From contig NC_068989.1 of assembly GCF_001194135.2 (NCBI RefSeq), positions 93,980,851-94,044,850 on the forward strand: DNA of 64,000 nucleotides, written 5' to 3'. Under the pieces are notes generated by a model, which worked only from the letters and a program-made list of their open reading frames with translations, had not been told where the DNA came from and made no database searches. This document shows, piece by piece, positions 1-13,162 of this stretch. Made by a program: the position numbers and the translations under genes. Positions within the stretch are counted from its first letter, which is position 1, and each line of letters opens with the position of its first letter. This stretch comes from Octopus bimaculoides (lineage: Eukaryota).

Positions 1-602
1 TGGTTAAATATTATTATTTCGTATTGAATCGTTAATTACCAATAACCATGAGAGGTTTTAATTAATTCTGAAGTTTTGAAATTCGTTTTGGCCCCTTCTT
101 CTCTTGGGTAAAACTCTCTCAACTTCTATTCTCATGATATTATTTTTCTTCCTCTCACCGACTTTCCTCTTATTATTACAAATTCATTTTTAATCATTCT
201 TAATTTTGTACAATGTTATGCACGCGATTGGAAAATGGTAATTTGAGACCGTTTTGCACACCCACATACACATCACACTCAATCAACACTCACGCACACA
301 AACACATACACATAAATACATACATACATATGTGTGTGTTTGTGTTACTAAGACATACAACATATAATGGAATTTCGTGTAGTAAAACGGCTTCCTGAAA
401 CGTATTATTTAGGCGTAGGCATGGGTGCATGGACATGACGTTCAGTTTTCAACCACGTCGTTTGGGGTCAGTCCTACTACGCGGCACCTTGGTCACGTGT
501 CTGCTATTAAAGCGCCGGGTTGATAAATACATTGAGAGTGAATATGGTTGGCTGACGGAAACTGTGTGGACGCACGTTCTATGTACATACATAATGGAGA
601 AA

Positions 603-852
603 GCGCGTGGCTTAGTAGTTAGGATATCTGGCTCACGATCGTAAAGTCGTGAGTTCAATTCCTGGCGACACCTTGTGTCCTTGCGCAAGACGCTTTATTT
701 CAGATGGCAAAAATGAGTTGTACCTATATTTTTAAGGCCTAGCCTTGTCAGACTCTGTGTGATGCTGAATCTCCCTGACAAGTACCTAAAAAGTACACGT
801 GCTTGTGAAATGTTCAGCTACTTACGTTAATTTGATGAGCAGGCTGTTCTGT
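603..852 (+). mobile_element. Degenerate tRNA-derived SINE (family B, same as 48330-48690)
   Basis: A-box-like TGGCTTAGTAG and B-box-like GAGTTCAATTCC head; tail CCTTGTCAGACTCTGTGTGATGCTGAATCTCCC...TACACGTG...CGTTAATTT..GAGCAGGCTGTTC aligns by eye with the 48330 copy. Confidence 0.7.
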
Positions 853-3389
853 AACCTATGGAGTACGTATATATGCGTGTGTGTATGTGTGTAAAAATAG
901 AATTGAATAGAAAAATGCCAGGAATTTCTGTGTACACTAACCTTTAACTTTCTCTTTTTTCTACATTATGTTTTATTCTTTATTTTCTCCTCTAACTGTT
1001 TATGGGAACCCTGGTAACTATGAATAAAAGTTTCCTACAAAGGTAACTCTGGTATTATTTGATTCTCTGTCTGAAGAATTTCTCTTCCACGTACAATTTT
1101 GCGACCTCTTCCATGAAACAAGAGTAATGGTCGAATAAGTAATTAATGCCAATCTCCTATTTTGATACACACACACACAATCATAATGACCGATACAACT
1201 AAAGGATAAGAGAAAAAATATGAGGTAAACCATATATCAATCCGCTTTAAATTGCAGTGTAATGTGTTCATATAGAAATCTGTCTTCATATTCATCGTTT
1301 TCATTAAATGAAATTTAATATTTCTTTTATATCTCATGCTTTAAATGCAAAAATAAACTTGTAATTGTAATCTAAAATAGAGAGAAACTATTTCTCCCAA
1401 AACAAATTTTACAACTTGTCGACAGGGAGATATGCTAAACGTCAGATAGAGAGAAAAAATGAGAGCGAACGGGAAGAAAGAATGAAAGAAAAACAGAGTG
1501 GGAGAGATAGATAAATCGCTTTGCCAATAAACCCAAGCGAACTTAATAGTTCCAGAAATTAAACATTTAACTTCTTATCTAAAATATTCCTAACTCGTTA
1601 ATACAAGGAATAATTTGAAATTTTATTTAAATCGTTACTTGCCACGCCACATATACTTAAACATTGACCTCGCATTATTGGATAAAATATGATGTTTATA
1701 ATCCTTTTAAATGAATTTTATGTTTTAACTCTATAAATGCATCGCTTTATGTTTTTGCTTTCGTGCAACGATACAAATTTATTTTATTACGGTAAAACAA
1801 CGCTTTCAAATTAAACTGCATTTGCACCTGATATCATTTACTTCAGTTTTAATACTATAACAGAATTGTGAAAATAAAAATTAATGGAGAAATAAATGTC
1901 ATTAATTTCTAGAAGCACGTTGACGGATATTTCGAGCGAATAAATATCTGAAAAAAGTTGTTCAAATCTAACGAGTACAATGCTATTGAAGTATGTTCAA
2001 ACCCGTTTCAATGTTCGGTGGACGATTAATTAAAAATTCCAAGGACATTGCATACATTCATGATATAGTGTTGTTCACATTAAACTTGGTGGCTTAAAGT
2101 CAAATGATCACTCATTATGAAAGTTAATTAAACAACCAACATAAGAACAAAAGGCGCACTAAAAGAATGCATATATCTTTCTGTACATACATGCGAAAAC
2201 GTAGAGTCACAAATAAAAGCCAGCACACGCACTGCTTTTTGCTTTCGTTTATATAAACGACTGCACAAAAGCGACGGAGTTAAAACTGTGATGGAAAGAT
2301 TCACCGATATATAACTGACTGTAATGTATACATCCTTTATATAAATATATATATATAGATAGATGATTAGATGTTGTGTTAACCTCATGAATGAATAGTT
2401 TCATCCAAGGAAATACTGGTTGAATACTAAATATTTTGGGGGTATTAATTTCCTTAAAATAATAAGTATATACATATAAAAACATGGCTTATATTTATAG
2501 AAAAGAAGAAAAAGAAAATGGTGATCGGGAAGTTAATATTTGTTTATTAACTCAATCATCATCACTTACAGATGTTTCAGTTAATACTCAGTGAATCTAA
2601 TTAAATATTAAATTCATATGACCTGACCATAATATCTTCAGAGTGGAAAAAATATACCCTTGAATATTTTATATGTTTATAGCAGAATGAATGATACTGT
2701 TTATAGTTTGTATTTTTATATGTTCGGGAGAAGGGTTTGCAGGTTGACTTGGACATAAGATAGAGTAGGTAAATAGAATTAGAGTGATGAAAGAATAAAT
2801 TAAATAAAGGTGATAGAGGAAATTTAAATAGAAATAAGGTAAGAATGGAATATTCGCTTATAAGGTATTAAATAAAGTTAAGAAAATTGGTATATATGAA
2901 GGTACACACATGCATATATGCATCTGTACGTCTATATAGATACACAGAGAGACACACATATACTTACAAATATATATACATCGACAAGATCATATCGGCG
3001 CATATACGCATATATTCACGCACATATATGCGTAAACACACTCACACACACACACGTCTGTGTGAGTGTGTGTGTGTATATATATATATAATTGTTAAAG
3101 AGGACAACAAACGTTAAGGCAAAGCAAACACCTCAAGTGACATTAATGGAAATAATTCTGTCTTACCGCTGTTTCTCGGATATACCAGAGTATGGAATAT
3201 TCCGTCATCAGAGACAAATAGGGAAAAGGAGAAGGGTATAGATTAATAAGGACAGGGTATAGATTAATAGAGGACAAGAGTAAAGGAATAAGGAGATGAA
3301 GAGAGAAGAAGACAGTTTCGCCCACCTAGCACCCGCACGCATAACATTTGATCTAAGAACACTAATACTAAACATTCCGACACTCCTCT

Positions 3390-4690
3390 AACATTCACTT
3401 AGTATTACACCTCCCCAAACTTGCCTAATAACAGTGGCGGGAGATCTATTCTCTTGTATACACCTCTATTCGCTTTAAAGGTTAAGGGCCACGCTAAAGC
3501 ATTCTTCAAAATATTCTAATTTCCCACGGAACCACAAGTGTTATTCCGTCTTTAACAGATCCACTTTCAAATTATCCTATTCCTCTACACCAAATATAGA
3601 ATCTATAATCATCTCATCTAACAAACGTAAACTTAGCCATTACTATCTAAATGCATAGAACCCTACCATAGAAAACACTAACACCGATCGTAATAATATA
3701 TCTAATGCCCGACAACTTCAAACAGCTTATAATTACATCGAAGGTTAATGAGTGCACAGCTGAAACCGGCGCAAACACTAATAGGCACACTGATACTAAC
3801 AACACTAACTATATTACAACTAATAATACCAATACTACAACTACTAATAGGACTAGTAAAAGTATTAGTACTAGCATAGCACCAACTGTAATATTACTAT
3901 TATTGAAAATAATACTACTACTAACACTCCTACCACAATCGCTACTACTAATAGTTGCAATAATAGCATCACTAATACCACCTCCACTACCACTGCTAAT
4001 ACTAACTCTATTGATGCCGATGATGCTACTATTTCAGCTGCAACAACAACAACAACTAATAATAATACTAATTATAATTATAACAGCGATGCCGATAACG
4101 GTAATGAGGATAATAATAATAATAATAATAATAATGGTAACGCTGGCGTTGATATTGATTCTAGAAATGACGGCAATAATAACAGAGATATCACGAACCA
4201 CTCACCTAGTACTACCCTAGCCACTACCAGCCCTACCTCATCTTTCTCCTTGATTAACCATCGTAGAACTGATAGCTGCAGATCCGGGACAGACTGCTCG
4301 CTTCAAGCCCATTGCAGAAGATTCACCGTCGTATACCAATGCACCGTTCAGAACATAGTATATAACTCCTATGGCTACTACACTGCATCTACTACAATTT
4401 TAAACAAAGATATTACGCACATTTAAACTCGTTTAAATATAAAGAGAATAGCAATTTCACATCGCTAGCCAGCCATGTACACCATCTAATCAATAGCAAA
4501 TACAATATGAACTTTCCTGGGCTATAACAGACTCGTATCAGTATCAACACTCCATTTGTGGACTCTGCTTAAAAGAAGCCCTCAAAATTTCAACCCACAA
4601 CTCACCACTATTTTCTTAACACAACGAAGCATTCACTACGTGTAAGCACAAATTCTTCCACCCTTTTAAATTCTTTTATAAATCTAAACG
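3390..4690 (+). mobile_element. Penelope-like retroelement 3' remnant (RT thumb, linker, Cys motif and GIY-YIG endonuclease), frameshifted
   Basis: 3551-3610 translates FNRSTFKLSYSSTPNIESII; 4277 onward CRSGTDCSLQAHCRRFTVVYQCTV; after a frameshift FKQRYYAHLNSFK...SLASHVH, then CGLCLKEALKI and TCKHKFF. These are typical PLE RT-EN junction and endonuclease motifs. Confidence 0.8.
3760..4235 (+). repeat. Imperfect trinucleotide array (ACT/AAT/ACA/GAT) inside the PLE remnant
   Basis: Directly visible; explains the low-complexity ORF 3705..4220. Confidence 0.9.
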
Positions 4691-5749
4691 TAAGTTCAAC
4701 CGTCACAAATAACACCCACATGCAAACCACCATGACCATATACACATACCCCTCTCTATCTCTTCTATCTCTCCTTTATATTTATATCTCTTCTATCTAC
4801 CTTATATCTCTTCTTTTTACTTCATCACTTGATAAGATAATTATTCTTTTTATTTTAAACCTTAACTTAATAAATCTCATAATATTTAATTCTAACTCCT
4901 ACCCCTAAATAATTTAATATTCAACTAGTTCCTCCAACTGATGCAATGTTTTTTTCTTTTTTTTATACGTGATTGGGCATAAAATCCCGATTGAATAAGG
5001 AATTTTAAAATAAGTACGAGGATCGATTTGTTTTACAAAATCCTTCAAGAGAACTCCCAGCATACTTGAGGTTCAATGACCGAAACAGTAAAACTAAAAG
5101 ACAAAATATATACACCCAAACATGAGCGTGTGTATGTGTGTGCGCAACTTATTTATAGGAAACACGCAATTATTGAAGAGAAATTCAGTAAAGCGAATTC
5201 AAATGAAATGTTTTTGATACTTCTGCCACTCAATTAAAACAGGCAACATCTCTAAATATCGCCTTCTGAAATACAACGAGCAAATGATTGATTTCTTCCG
5301 AAAGTTCAACCAATATGCTAGTTTTAAAAGTTCGACATAAATGAACCAAAAATACGTAATTTTCACGTAAAACGCTGTGTAGAAATGTTTTAATATTGCT
5401 TTTACCTGAATTAATATTTACAGCAGCTGAGTGGCTTATGTTGTAAACACAATCATGGCAAATTGTGAATAACAGAAGACGATATGTCTGTTTGTTGAAT
5501 GGATGGTGAAGCGAACAAGAGAGATGGACCTGAAATGATACAACGTTTCATGGTGACTGTCTTTCTTATCCAATCATTTGAAGCCGTGTTTTCACTGTTT
5601 TGCTATAAAAAGAAATTTCGTACTAAAAGAAATCACAATGTTTTTCACATGTTTGATATCAAGACATACTTTCAGCGTCAGAGGTAAAATGGGAATGAGA
5701 GACAAAAACAATTTGGAAACCAAAACGAACAGTGATTATATAGTATAAA

Positions 5750-5751
<2 letters not shown>

Positions 5752-5806
<55 letters not shown>
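5752..5806. repeat. (CA)n-(TA)n compound microsatellite (representative of dozens in the window)
   Basis: Directly visible. Confidence 0.95.
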
Positions 5807-6222
5807 TTATATATACATACTCAAAATTAAATAATATTTGTTGCAAAGATTGATAAGAAAAAGATCAGGCTCATAAATAGCAATCTCAATAAATACTAAA
5901 TGTTCTAACACATAGGTGCGCCAAGCGAGTACAAAACGTGAGATGAAGATTTCTCTATGTTGATAATATCTATTTACGTCTATAATTGTTAGAATCCTCA
6001 ACCAGATAATAGTAACTAGTTCATCACACGTCGTTCATTGCTTAGGAGTAAGAGAATAGAATATATAACGCGCTATTATTCTCGACATCAACAACTCATC
6101 TTAATTTATTTGAATATTATCCATTTTATGAATGGGCTTAAATATTGGCATTGAGTCAATCATTATTCTATATGTGAGTGTGATTGTGTGCGTGTATATA
6201 TTTGTGTACGTGTGGTGTGTAC

Positions 6223-6262
<40 letters not shown>

Positions 6263-6388
6263 NNNNNNNNNNNNNNNNNNNNNNNNNNNNNNNNNNNNNN
6301 NNNNNNNNNNNNNNNNNNNNNNNNNNNNNNNNNNNNNNNNNNNNNNNNNNNNNNNNNNNNNNNNNNNNNNNNNNNNNNNNNNNNNNNN
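6263..6388. other. Assembly gap (others: 21660-22105, 22793-22802, 23146-23902, 36622-37287, 43084-43093, 53503-53512, 55600-56459, 57167-57176, 60694-60910)
   Basis: N runs, mostly bordered by simple repeats. Confidence 0.99.
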
Positions 6389-6401
6389 GCTCTTCCGATC
6401 T
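6389..6401 (+). other. Illumina adapter remnant (assembly artefact)
   Basis: GCTCTTCCGATCT, the reverse complement of AGATCGGAAGAGC, starts exactly at the first base after the gap. Confidence 0.85.
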
Positions 6402-6982
6402 TATATATATATCCAAGGAAAACCTCAGGCGTGTAAATTACATATATATATATCCTTCCGTAGATTAGGCATGAATAGCTTAGGAATGCGTTTCTGATGT
6501 TGAGAGATGCTCATTAAGCGTTGACTAATATAATTCAAGAGTAAAAGCAAAATACTCATTTAGTATGCAGTGCTTCTACTTAATATATTCAGTTCATTGA
6601 ATTACCCCATGGGAAATACGTGAAACTAGACAGACGCCAAAGACGACGATTGACAATACTTTAAATGGAAACAATGATACCGTGACAACAGGCTACAAAA
6701 TATTTTCATCTCAACAGAGTATTTTCAGCATATTAATCTCATAATCTGCCTCGGGAATCTAAGCTCAGCTGTTAATAATTACTAATTTGAAAGATGTATA
6801 TACATATATACCAATTACACGCCCTTCCCCTCCATTGATCAGTTGAAGTTTCGACAGTGTCATGTGACAAGTAGCTGGCGCTGGCTGCTGAAATGAGGTA
6901 TGATGGTCAGTCGCCCGCTGACACTCGTTGACGCTGCATCGAAGAGATCAGGGAACAGAAGAAAGAAGAAATGCACTCAACA

Positions 6983-7040
6983 CCGGAGCTGACGACACCT
7001 CCGAAGGGGCAGATGTCACATCGAAAACGGACGCGCTTCC
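6983..7040 (+). ncRNA. Hammerhead-ribozyme-like motif 1 of a tandem pair (degenerate)
   Basis: CCGGAG-CTGACGA-(hairpins CCTC/GGGG and GATG/CATC)-GAAA-ACGGACGCG-CTTCC; stem III is not canonical. Confidence 0.4.
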
Positions 7041-7114
7041 TCCTGATGATGTCTTTAGCCACTGGATCCTATAAAGGAGCTGTTGAGGTATCAAACCACG
7101 AAACGTCGTTGGAA
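7037..7114 (+). ncRNA. Hammerhead-ribozyme-like motif 2 of a tandem pair
   Basis: TTCC-TC-CTGATGA (7043-7049), 50-nt insert with TCCT-ATAA-AGGA hairpin, GAAA (7100-7103), CGTCG-TT, then GGAA pairing with the upstream TTCC. Confidence 0.5.
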
Positions 7115-9846
7115 TTCCCCAATTCCTCTAATTTGCAATGAAATCTACTAAACGTGTTCCAAATACCGAAATTTAGCAACAGTAAAATTAGATAATGGAT
7201 CAACCTGATTAGATGTACATTGAAATATATCTCAATTAAACTCCTAAAGATTTAATTAAAATGCAGTCATACATATCTACGCATGTCTGCATCCGAGGTT
7301 AACTCATATTCCAAAAAAATGGGTTCGAGTCTTGGTCCAATTATTATTATTGTTATTGTTATCTCTTTTTCTTGCAGGTAACGTTAATTTTGTACTGAAG
7401 GTTTTTATAATCGTTCCAGTCTCACCGAGAAGTAATTTCAGATTTGTGTCGTCTTTCGTTTTTTCATAATCTGTGAAGTGTTACCCAGTTATCCAACAAT
7501 AATGCATATTTCAACTAGTAAACGTCAAATCTAACGAAGCGTGCATATATGACGAAAATAAAACTTAATGTAACGTGAATCTCTCAAAGAATCATGTGAT
7601 AGTTTCACTAAGAAACTCACAATTAATAGCTTAGTTTCGTGATAGAATCAACGGATAACAATGTCACTTTATTCTTCCTTCATAACAATTCTGAGGACCA
7701 GAACACATTTGAAATTGGTGCGTTGCCTCGGGAACAGGAAGTTTCACATTTTGTAAGGATTTTAATATAAATATATTTCAAGCATGCACACGCATACGCA
7801 GACTGCACACACATTTTTACATTTACACATCAGCGATTTGTGTGAATCTGTATTTTGAATAAACTATCTTAATGCTCAATATGCAAAGTGTGGGTTAAAT
7901 TGAATTGAACATATAATTCCTTTCAGTTTGAAACGATTTTTTTCAATAAGGGATTTGTGTTGTTATATGAAAGTAGATAGATATAATAGTTAGCCGCAGG
8001 AAAGATTTTGCTGTGCAGTTCTTATAATAGACGTTTAACAATTCATTTAAGTATTCCATTTTCTGTTCTTGCCTCTACAACTATGTTATGAAAGTGCTAC
8101 CATTACGTAATCAGGAAATAAATGCTTGTATTAGAATGAAATGAAATTAGTTAATGATGGGTGAAGCAATGGTAGTGAAATTAAGAGTTTCGCTTCACAA
8201 CTGAGGGCTCCATATTCAATCGTTTTGCCGCCTATGACTCGTAAGAGGGGGTAGGAACTCAGAGATGATGCAGGTCTAATGTAATGCACTTTTTATCGGG
8301 TGGTAGAATTAATGCGTCTTCCTATTTAACAATAGTAGATTTTGTTTACCTTTTACTGGGATACTTGTCCTCCTATCGATTCATACCAGGTTACCAACCT
8401 GGAATGATAGCACGAATAGCTAACTGAAGACACAAGTGCCGGAATATGAAAATCAAAGCATTTTATTACGACGCACTAATGGGTTTATGATATCTTCCAA
8501 GAGCTTTGCTAAATATACAACCGAATTACTTTCACTTGATACTTTACACCTGAAGCTCACTACTCAGTCATCTACCAGGTTTAATCAATCTTTATGGTAT
8601 GCCATCTCCTAATTTTACACATATTTATTCTTTATGATATGTCTAGGTTGTTAGTAAGGAGCTGTAGATATTCTTTCACGTTTGGCACTGTTCGATATTG
8701 TCTTTAGTCAGACATGGCACTTGGAGTTGTCTTATTAATATTTCTAGTTATTTCTTTCGTATTCTTGCATTTTGAGATTAGCAATACTTTTACCCCGTTA
8801 TTTCCTTCATCCAATAGGGTTTTCTTGTGTTTTCGTGCATTTGCGCATTGATTTATGTAATTTAAATATTTTTGAGCTGGTTTTAACAAACTGATCATAT
8901 TTTATTCTATTTGTTTATTTTCACTGCTTCCACTTTGTTTGAATTGTTGCCTTTTCAGGGAATCACATCCTTGAGTAAGGACGTGATTAAATCCACTCAA
9001 ATATACCTAAGCTGGAACTCACTATATCTAACGCGCTACCAATTATACTCTACACCTGGTATTAATTCAATATTTTATTTCAGTTCACATAATTTTCAGT
9101 GGATGATATGAACTCAAGATATTTGAACATATAGTCATGATAGCGGTGCACACATCTTTTCCTTGTGGAGAATAAGACATTGTCAGTATTTAAACTAGAA
9201 TAAATTGGAAAAATAATCACTATTCCTATCTTTGAGAAGCGCGATGCATATTCTCCTCAAAATCTACCTCAGTAATATCGTGATGGATGAAACAGACTTA
9301 TTTTTTGCATTCTTAACCAAATTGTAACTGCCCAATGATTCTATCTCTCCCTTTCTTTGAAAATATTCATGCATACATTTCAGCTCTTATCAACTTATTC
9401 TCTTAAAGTTCCTTCTGGAATAAATTATGATCCACTTATCCTGCTTAGATATCCCAGTCTTTTTACAGATTTTTAGTAACGGATTCATGCGATTTCTTGC
9501 ATCCACACCACACTTCGCAATGAAACGAAGGCATAGACCCACAATACTATCTCAACAACTAACATCGAACTGACAAAATCCTTTTATCTGCCACTCGACA
9601 TATACTCATATTTAAACGACATTTCATATCCTCAACCCATGGAAGTATTCGGTCTATTGCTCTAATGAATCTGTCATTCCTCGTCTGGGGTCATAATGTA
9701 GCTACTCGTCCGACAATATCGGTTCGAGAATTTCAATGGTTTCTTGGAGAAGATGCAAAGTTTATGTGGATACAAATGGTTGAACTCAATAGGCAACAAG
9801 CACAGACATATATGCACGCACGCACAGATATCTAAATTGATTGATT

Positions 9847-9889
<43 letters not shown>
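9847..9889. repeat. (GATA)n microsatellite
   Basis: Directly visible. Confidence 0.95.
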
Positions 9890-11369
9890 CAGTAGACAGA
9901 TAGATATGTTTCTTCATTGGCCACACAGTGGGGACAAAATACAAAGTAGAGCTTTTCTTTTCGGGAAGAAGAGAAAAGAGAAAAAGAAAGTGGGTCGAAT
10001 TTCGATGAAAAAGGATCGTGGAAAAAAAACGAATAATAGGGATCGTGTATTAGATAGATAGATAAGCAGACAGATAGATACATACATGCATACATACATA
10101 CCTGCATGCATGCATACATACATGCATATATACATACATAGTTGTATGCAACATGCATACATACATAGTTGTATGCATGCCTTGCATATGTACATGTGTG
10201 CGAGTGCTTGTGTACGTATATATACCGCTGTGTATACACCTACTGATGTTTACGTTGGTTATATTCCGAGGACAAAGTTTTGGTTGATTGTGGGATACAT
10301 TATTCGTACTGGAATACATTAGCGGATAGCTGGACTTTGGTCAACAGCAGGAGCTCCCACCCTTGACTTTATAAATAAAGAAGTCGATATTTCTGCGTAA
10401 TTGTATTAAATTCTGGGCCACGTCGGTAAGAACTGATCCTCTTAAGCGCATGTTAGTAGTCATGCAATATACCCCCTCCCCCGTCTATCAGTTATCCATA
10501 ATTTTCTCTAGTAACCGGAAGGTGTATGTAGTCTTCTTTTAAGTTTATTTATGAAGATGCTTTGATTCGTGATTGAAATCCTGATTTTTTTCTAAATTTT
10601 GCACTCATTGTTACATGTAAAATATTTTCCCCACCTATCGGACTCCCTTGCACATGTTTGCTAATATTCGTTTTTGCTCATTCTCTAGTTCATTATTGTA
10701 CCGGTTTGATTTTACTTCTGAATTATATACTTGCCGGTTAATGCGTCTCATTTCAATTCTCCGTCTTTATATATTTCCTTTTATTTTCCACGGTTTCGGG
10801 CTTTTTTCAACATCTTCCTATGAATCTCATATTCTTCCTATATTTCCAAATATATCTCTCAGTCCAGCTATCTGTTTTCCATTATCTTTGATTCTCTCTT
10901 AATCAATCTTTTTAATTCCACCACTACTTAGAAAGCTTATTTCATTTTGTTCCTGCAGTTTGACTACTTGCAGCTAATCTCATTTCTCAGCATCCAACCT
11001 GATACTAATTTGCAATGCAGTTTTTGGAAGGGCAGTTGTTAGAAATATACAAATCATAAGAAATGATAGATGCAAAGCTACCTGTGTTTCCAAAAGTTTG
11101 TTGAAGTTGGAAAATACTATCAAAACATTTTGCAAATCAAAGATGTTTTCAAGACCCCTAAGGCACATATTTTTGCTTTTCTTACACTGTAGGATCATAT
11201 TTTGGAAATGAGATAAGATATTGTTTTAAAATTTAAACAAATATTGCAAAAAGTAAAGTAAGCGAATATGCGTTTCGCCTTCTCGGGCGGTTTACTAAGT
11301 GGTAAGTTAGAATGAAAGTAATGGACATAGGTTTAAATGACCAGCCGAGTCAATTTAATATTTTAGAGC

Positions 11370-11404
<35 letters not shown>

Positions 11405-11407
11405 CAT

Positions 11408-11454
<47 letters not shown>
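11370..11454. repeat. Compound (TATC)n-(TACA)n-(CA)n microsatellite
   Basis: Directly visible. Confidence 0.95.
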
Positions 11455-11455
<1 letters not shown>

Positions 11456-11745
11456 CTTTTTTTACATGTATATCTATTGAATATCTTCAGGATAATAATC
11501 TCATAACATGCATTTCAAAGCTCCTTTTATGGGTATCAGCTACCGTATGTCATCATACAGCTGGATTACTCCTTTTACTGGACATGCATGTGGAACTCCT
11601 GTAATGTGTACACAGCTTACAAAATTTTCGGGACAAGAAGCTAGAACGAACAGGCTTTAATTACAGACCACATCAATTGTTTCTAACAGTTGTTAGTTGC
11701 TGATTTTTGCATATATTACATTAAAAAATATTTCTTAAATAGGCG

Positions 11746-11911
11746 AAGTTGCTAGTTCTGAAATCTCTACAAGTGATGTTAGTAGTAATTCTACTACAAA
11801 AAGTCTAGTAAGAGTTCGATGCAGAAAAAACACCTTAAGGTGGTAACAACTATTACTGTTCAGTAGAGTTACTACATACATCTCTTATAGAGATTTTACA
11901 GCTAGCAACTT
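11746..11911. repeat. Imperfect inverted repeat (~50-bp arms), probable old MITE
   Basis: Left AAGTTGCTAGTTCTGAAATCTCTACAAGTGATG..GTAGTAATTCTACT matches the reverse complement of right AGTAGAGTTACTAC..CATCTCTTATAGAGATTTTACAGCTAGCAACTT. Confidence 0.65.
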
Positions 11912-11955
11912 TGGTTGTTCAAAATCAGTAGCTGTTTGTCATTTATTTATTTATA

Positions 11956-12160
11956 CAGGATGTTCAAAAAGTCTCTCCGTAGTGAATGTTTTCATCCTGC
12001 GCATCACCATGACGCTTCTTTAAAAAAAATTCGGTGAACGGATTATTGCGAAAAGACTCTCGTCACCAAGAGAACCTGATTTAACACCACCATTTTTTTT
12101 TTCTGGGGAGCAAGTAAAGGACCAGTGTACAAGAACTGCCCGAAAATCATTAAATACTTA
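11956..12160 (+). mobile_element. Internally deleted Tc1/mariner fragment
   Basis: TA|CAGGATGTTCAAAAAG terminus; the downstream sequence reads like a degenerate PDLTPP..F.WG...K..VYKN catalytic-region motif. Confidence 0.55.
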
Positions 12161-12235
12161 CTGCGGATGGACTTTCTGAACTCTATATATACTGCGAACT
12201 GGGGCGAACGACTACCATTTCTAGCAGACAGGTGT

Positions 12236-12284
12236 ACCAGTAATGAGGAAGGGTGAGACCCTAAAACTCGGCTGGTCTACTGGT
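12236..12284 (+). ncRNA. Degenerate hammerhead-like motif
   Basis: ACCAG-TAATGA-GGA-AGGG-TGAGA-CCCT-AAAA-C..GTC-TA-CTGGT: perfect stem I (ACCAG/CTGGT), stem II and GUC triplet, but the core is mutated (TAATGA for CTGATGA, AAAA for GAAA). Confidence 0.35.
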
Positions 12285-13127
12285 CCTATCGCCTCTTATA
12301 AGCGAGATGTTCGCTCCCTTGTTGTAACGTATCGGACATAGATATATGTTTATTATATAATATCTTATGTAATGGTATGATATGGAAAGTTCAGTAACTA
12401 ACACTTGTTAGCATTGCACAGGGGCAAGTGTTGCGATTTATGATAGAAGCCTGTTCACTCCATCTTCTTGTTTCATAAAGTTGTGTGTGTGTGTGTGTGT
12501 GTGTGTGAAAATGAAGTGTGCATGATGAAATAATGTAATATCTGAAATAACAATTTCAGACATACATACAATGAATGACTTCTTCAAATTACCAAACGCA
12601 CTGGTTTCCATTCAATAAGCAACTTCCTACGTGTCCTTCGATGCATAATCTGCTCCTCGGATTCAGCGATGAGTCGGTGCACGCGTGCGCATTACTCGCA
12701 GAGCCATACATAACTTGACATAGCTTATATAGGAATGATATGTATTTATCTTCGATTTTTACATAGTTAAGAGAATTTTTCATATTATGTACTGGATGAA
12801 TCTATGTAAGATTATTTATAAATCACCGCAAGATTGTGTATGAATCTACAGATACCACGCCGCTCTATAATTAGGCATAATTAATGGTTGGCCATGAAAT
12901 TGGGAAAAAAATGTTACACGTGTAAAAAAACTGAGATGTCAGTAGAGATATATTTTCATCAACAAGATTTTTTTTTGTTATGTACGTGTTAATAAGTTAA
13001 ATACGTGTTGATAAGTGTAATTGTGTAGATGGATGTTTGATAAGTGAATGATGTTTTCGGATATGTGTTTATGTGTTTCTTCCTCTGGTCTGTGTGTGTA
13101 TTTTTGTAACATTGAAAAATGTTTTCC

Positions 13128-13162
<35 letters not shown>

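Noticed and set aside
3705-4220. 171-aa ORF with a hydrophobic I/L-rich stretch resembling a membrane protein
   Set aside because: Alternative reading of the AAT/ACT trinucleotide array; the meaningful frame is the PLE frame
6132-6497. ORFs containing YIYI/HTHT/CVCV runs and X stretches (also near 17050, 21554, 23005, 36550, 44220, 53617, 55533, 57013, 58460, 60518)
   Set aside because: Translations of (TA)n/(CA)n microsatellites and N gaps, not genes
8700-9700. Possible very degraded PLE/LINE RT on the minus strand
   Set aside because: Only vague resemblance to RT thumb motifs; no catalytic motif could be read
10400-11200. Purine-rich minus strand resembling a LINE ORF1/5' region
   Set aside because: No diagnostic motif; cannot assign without a search
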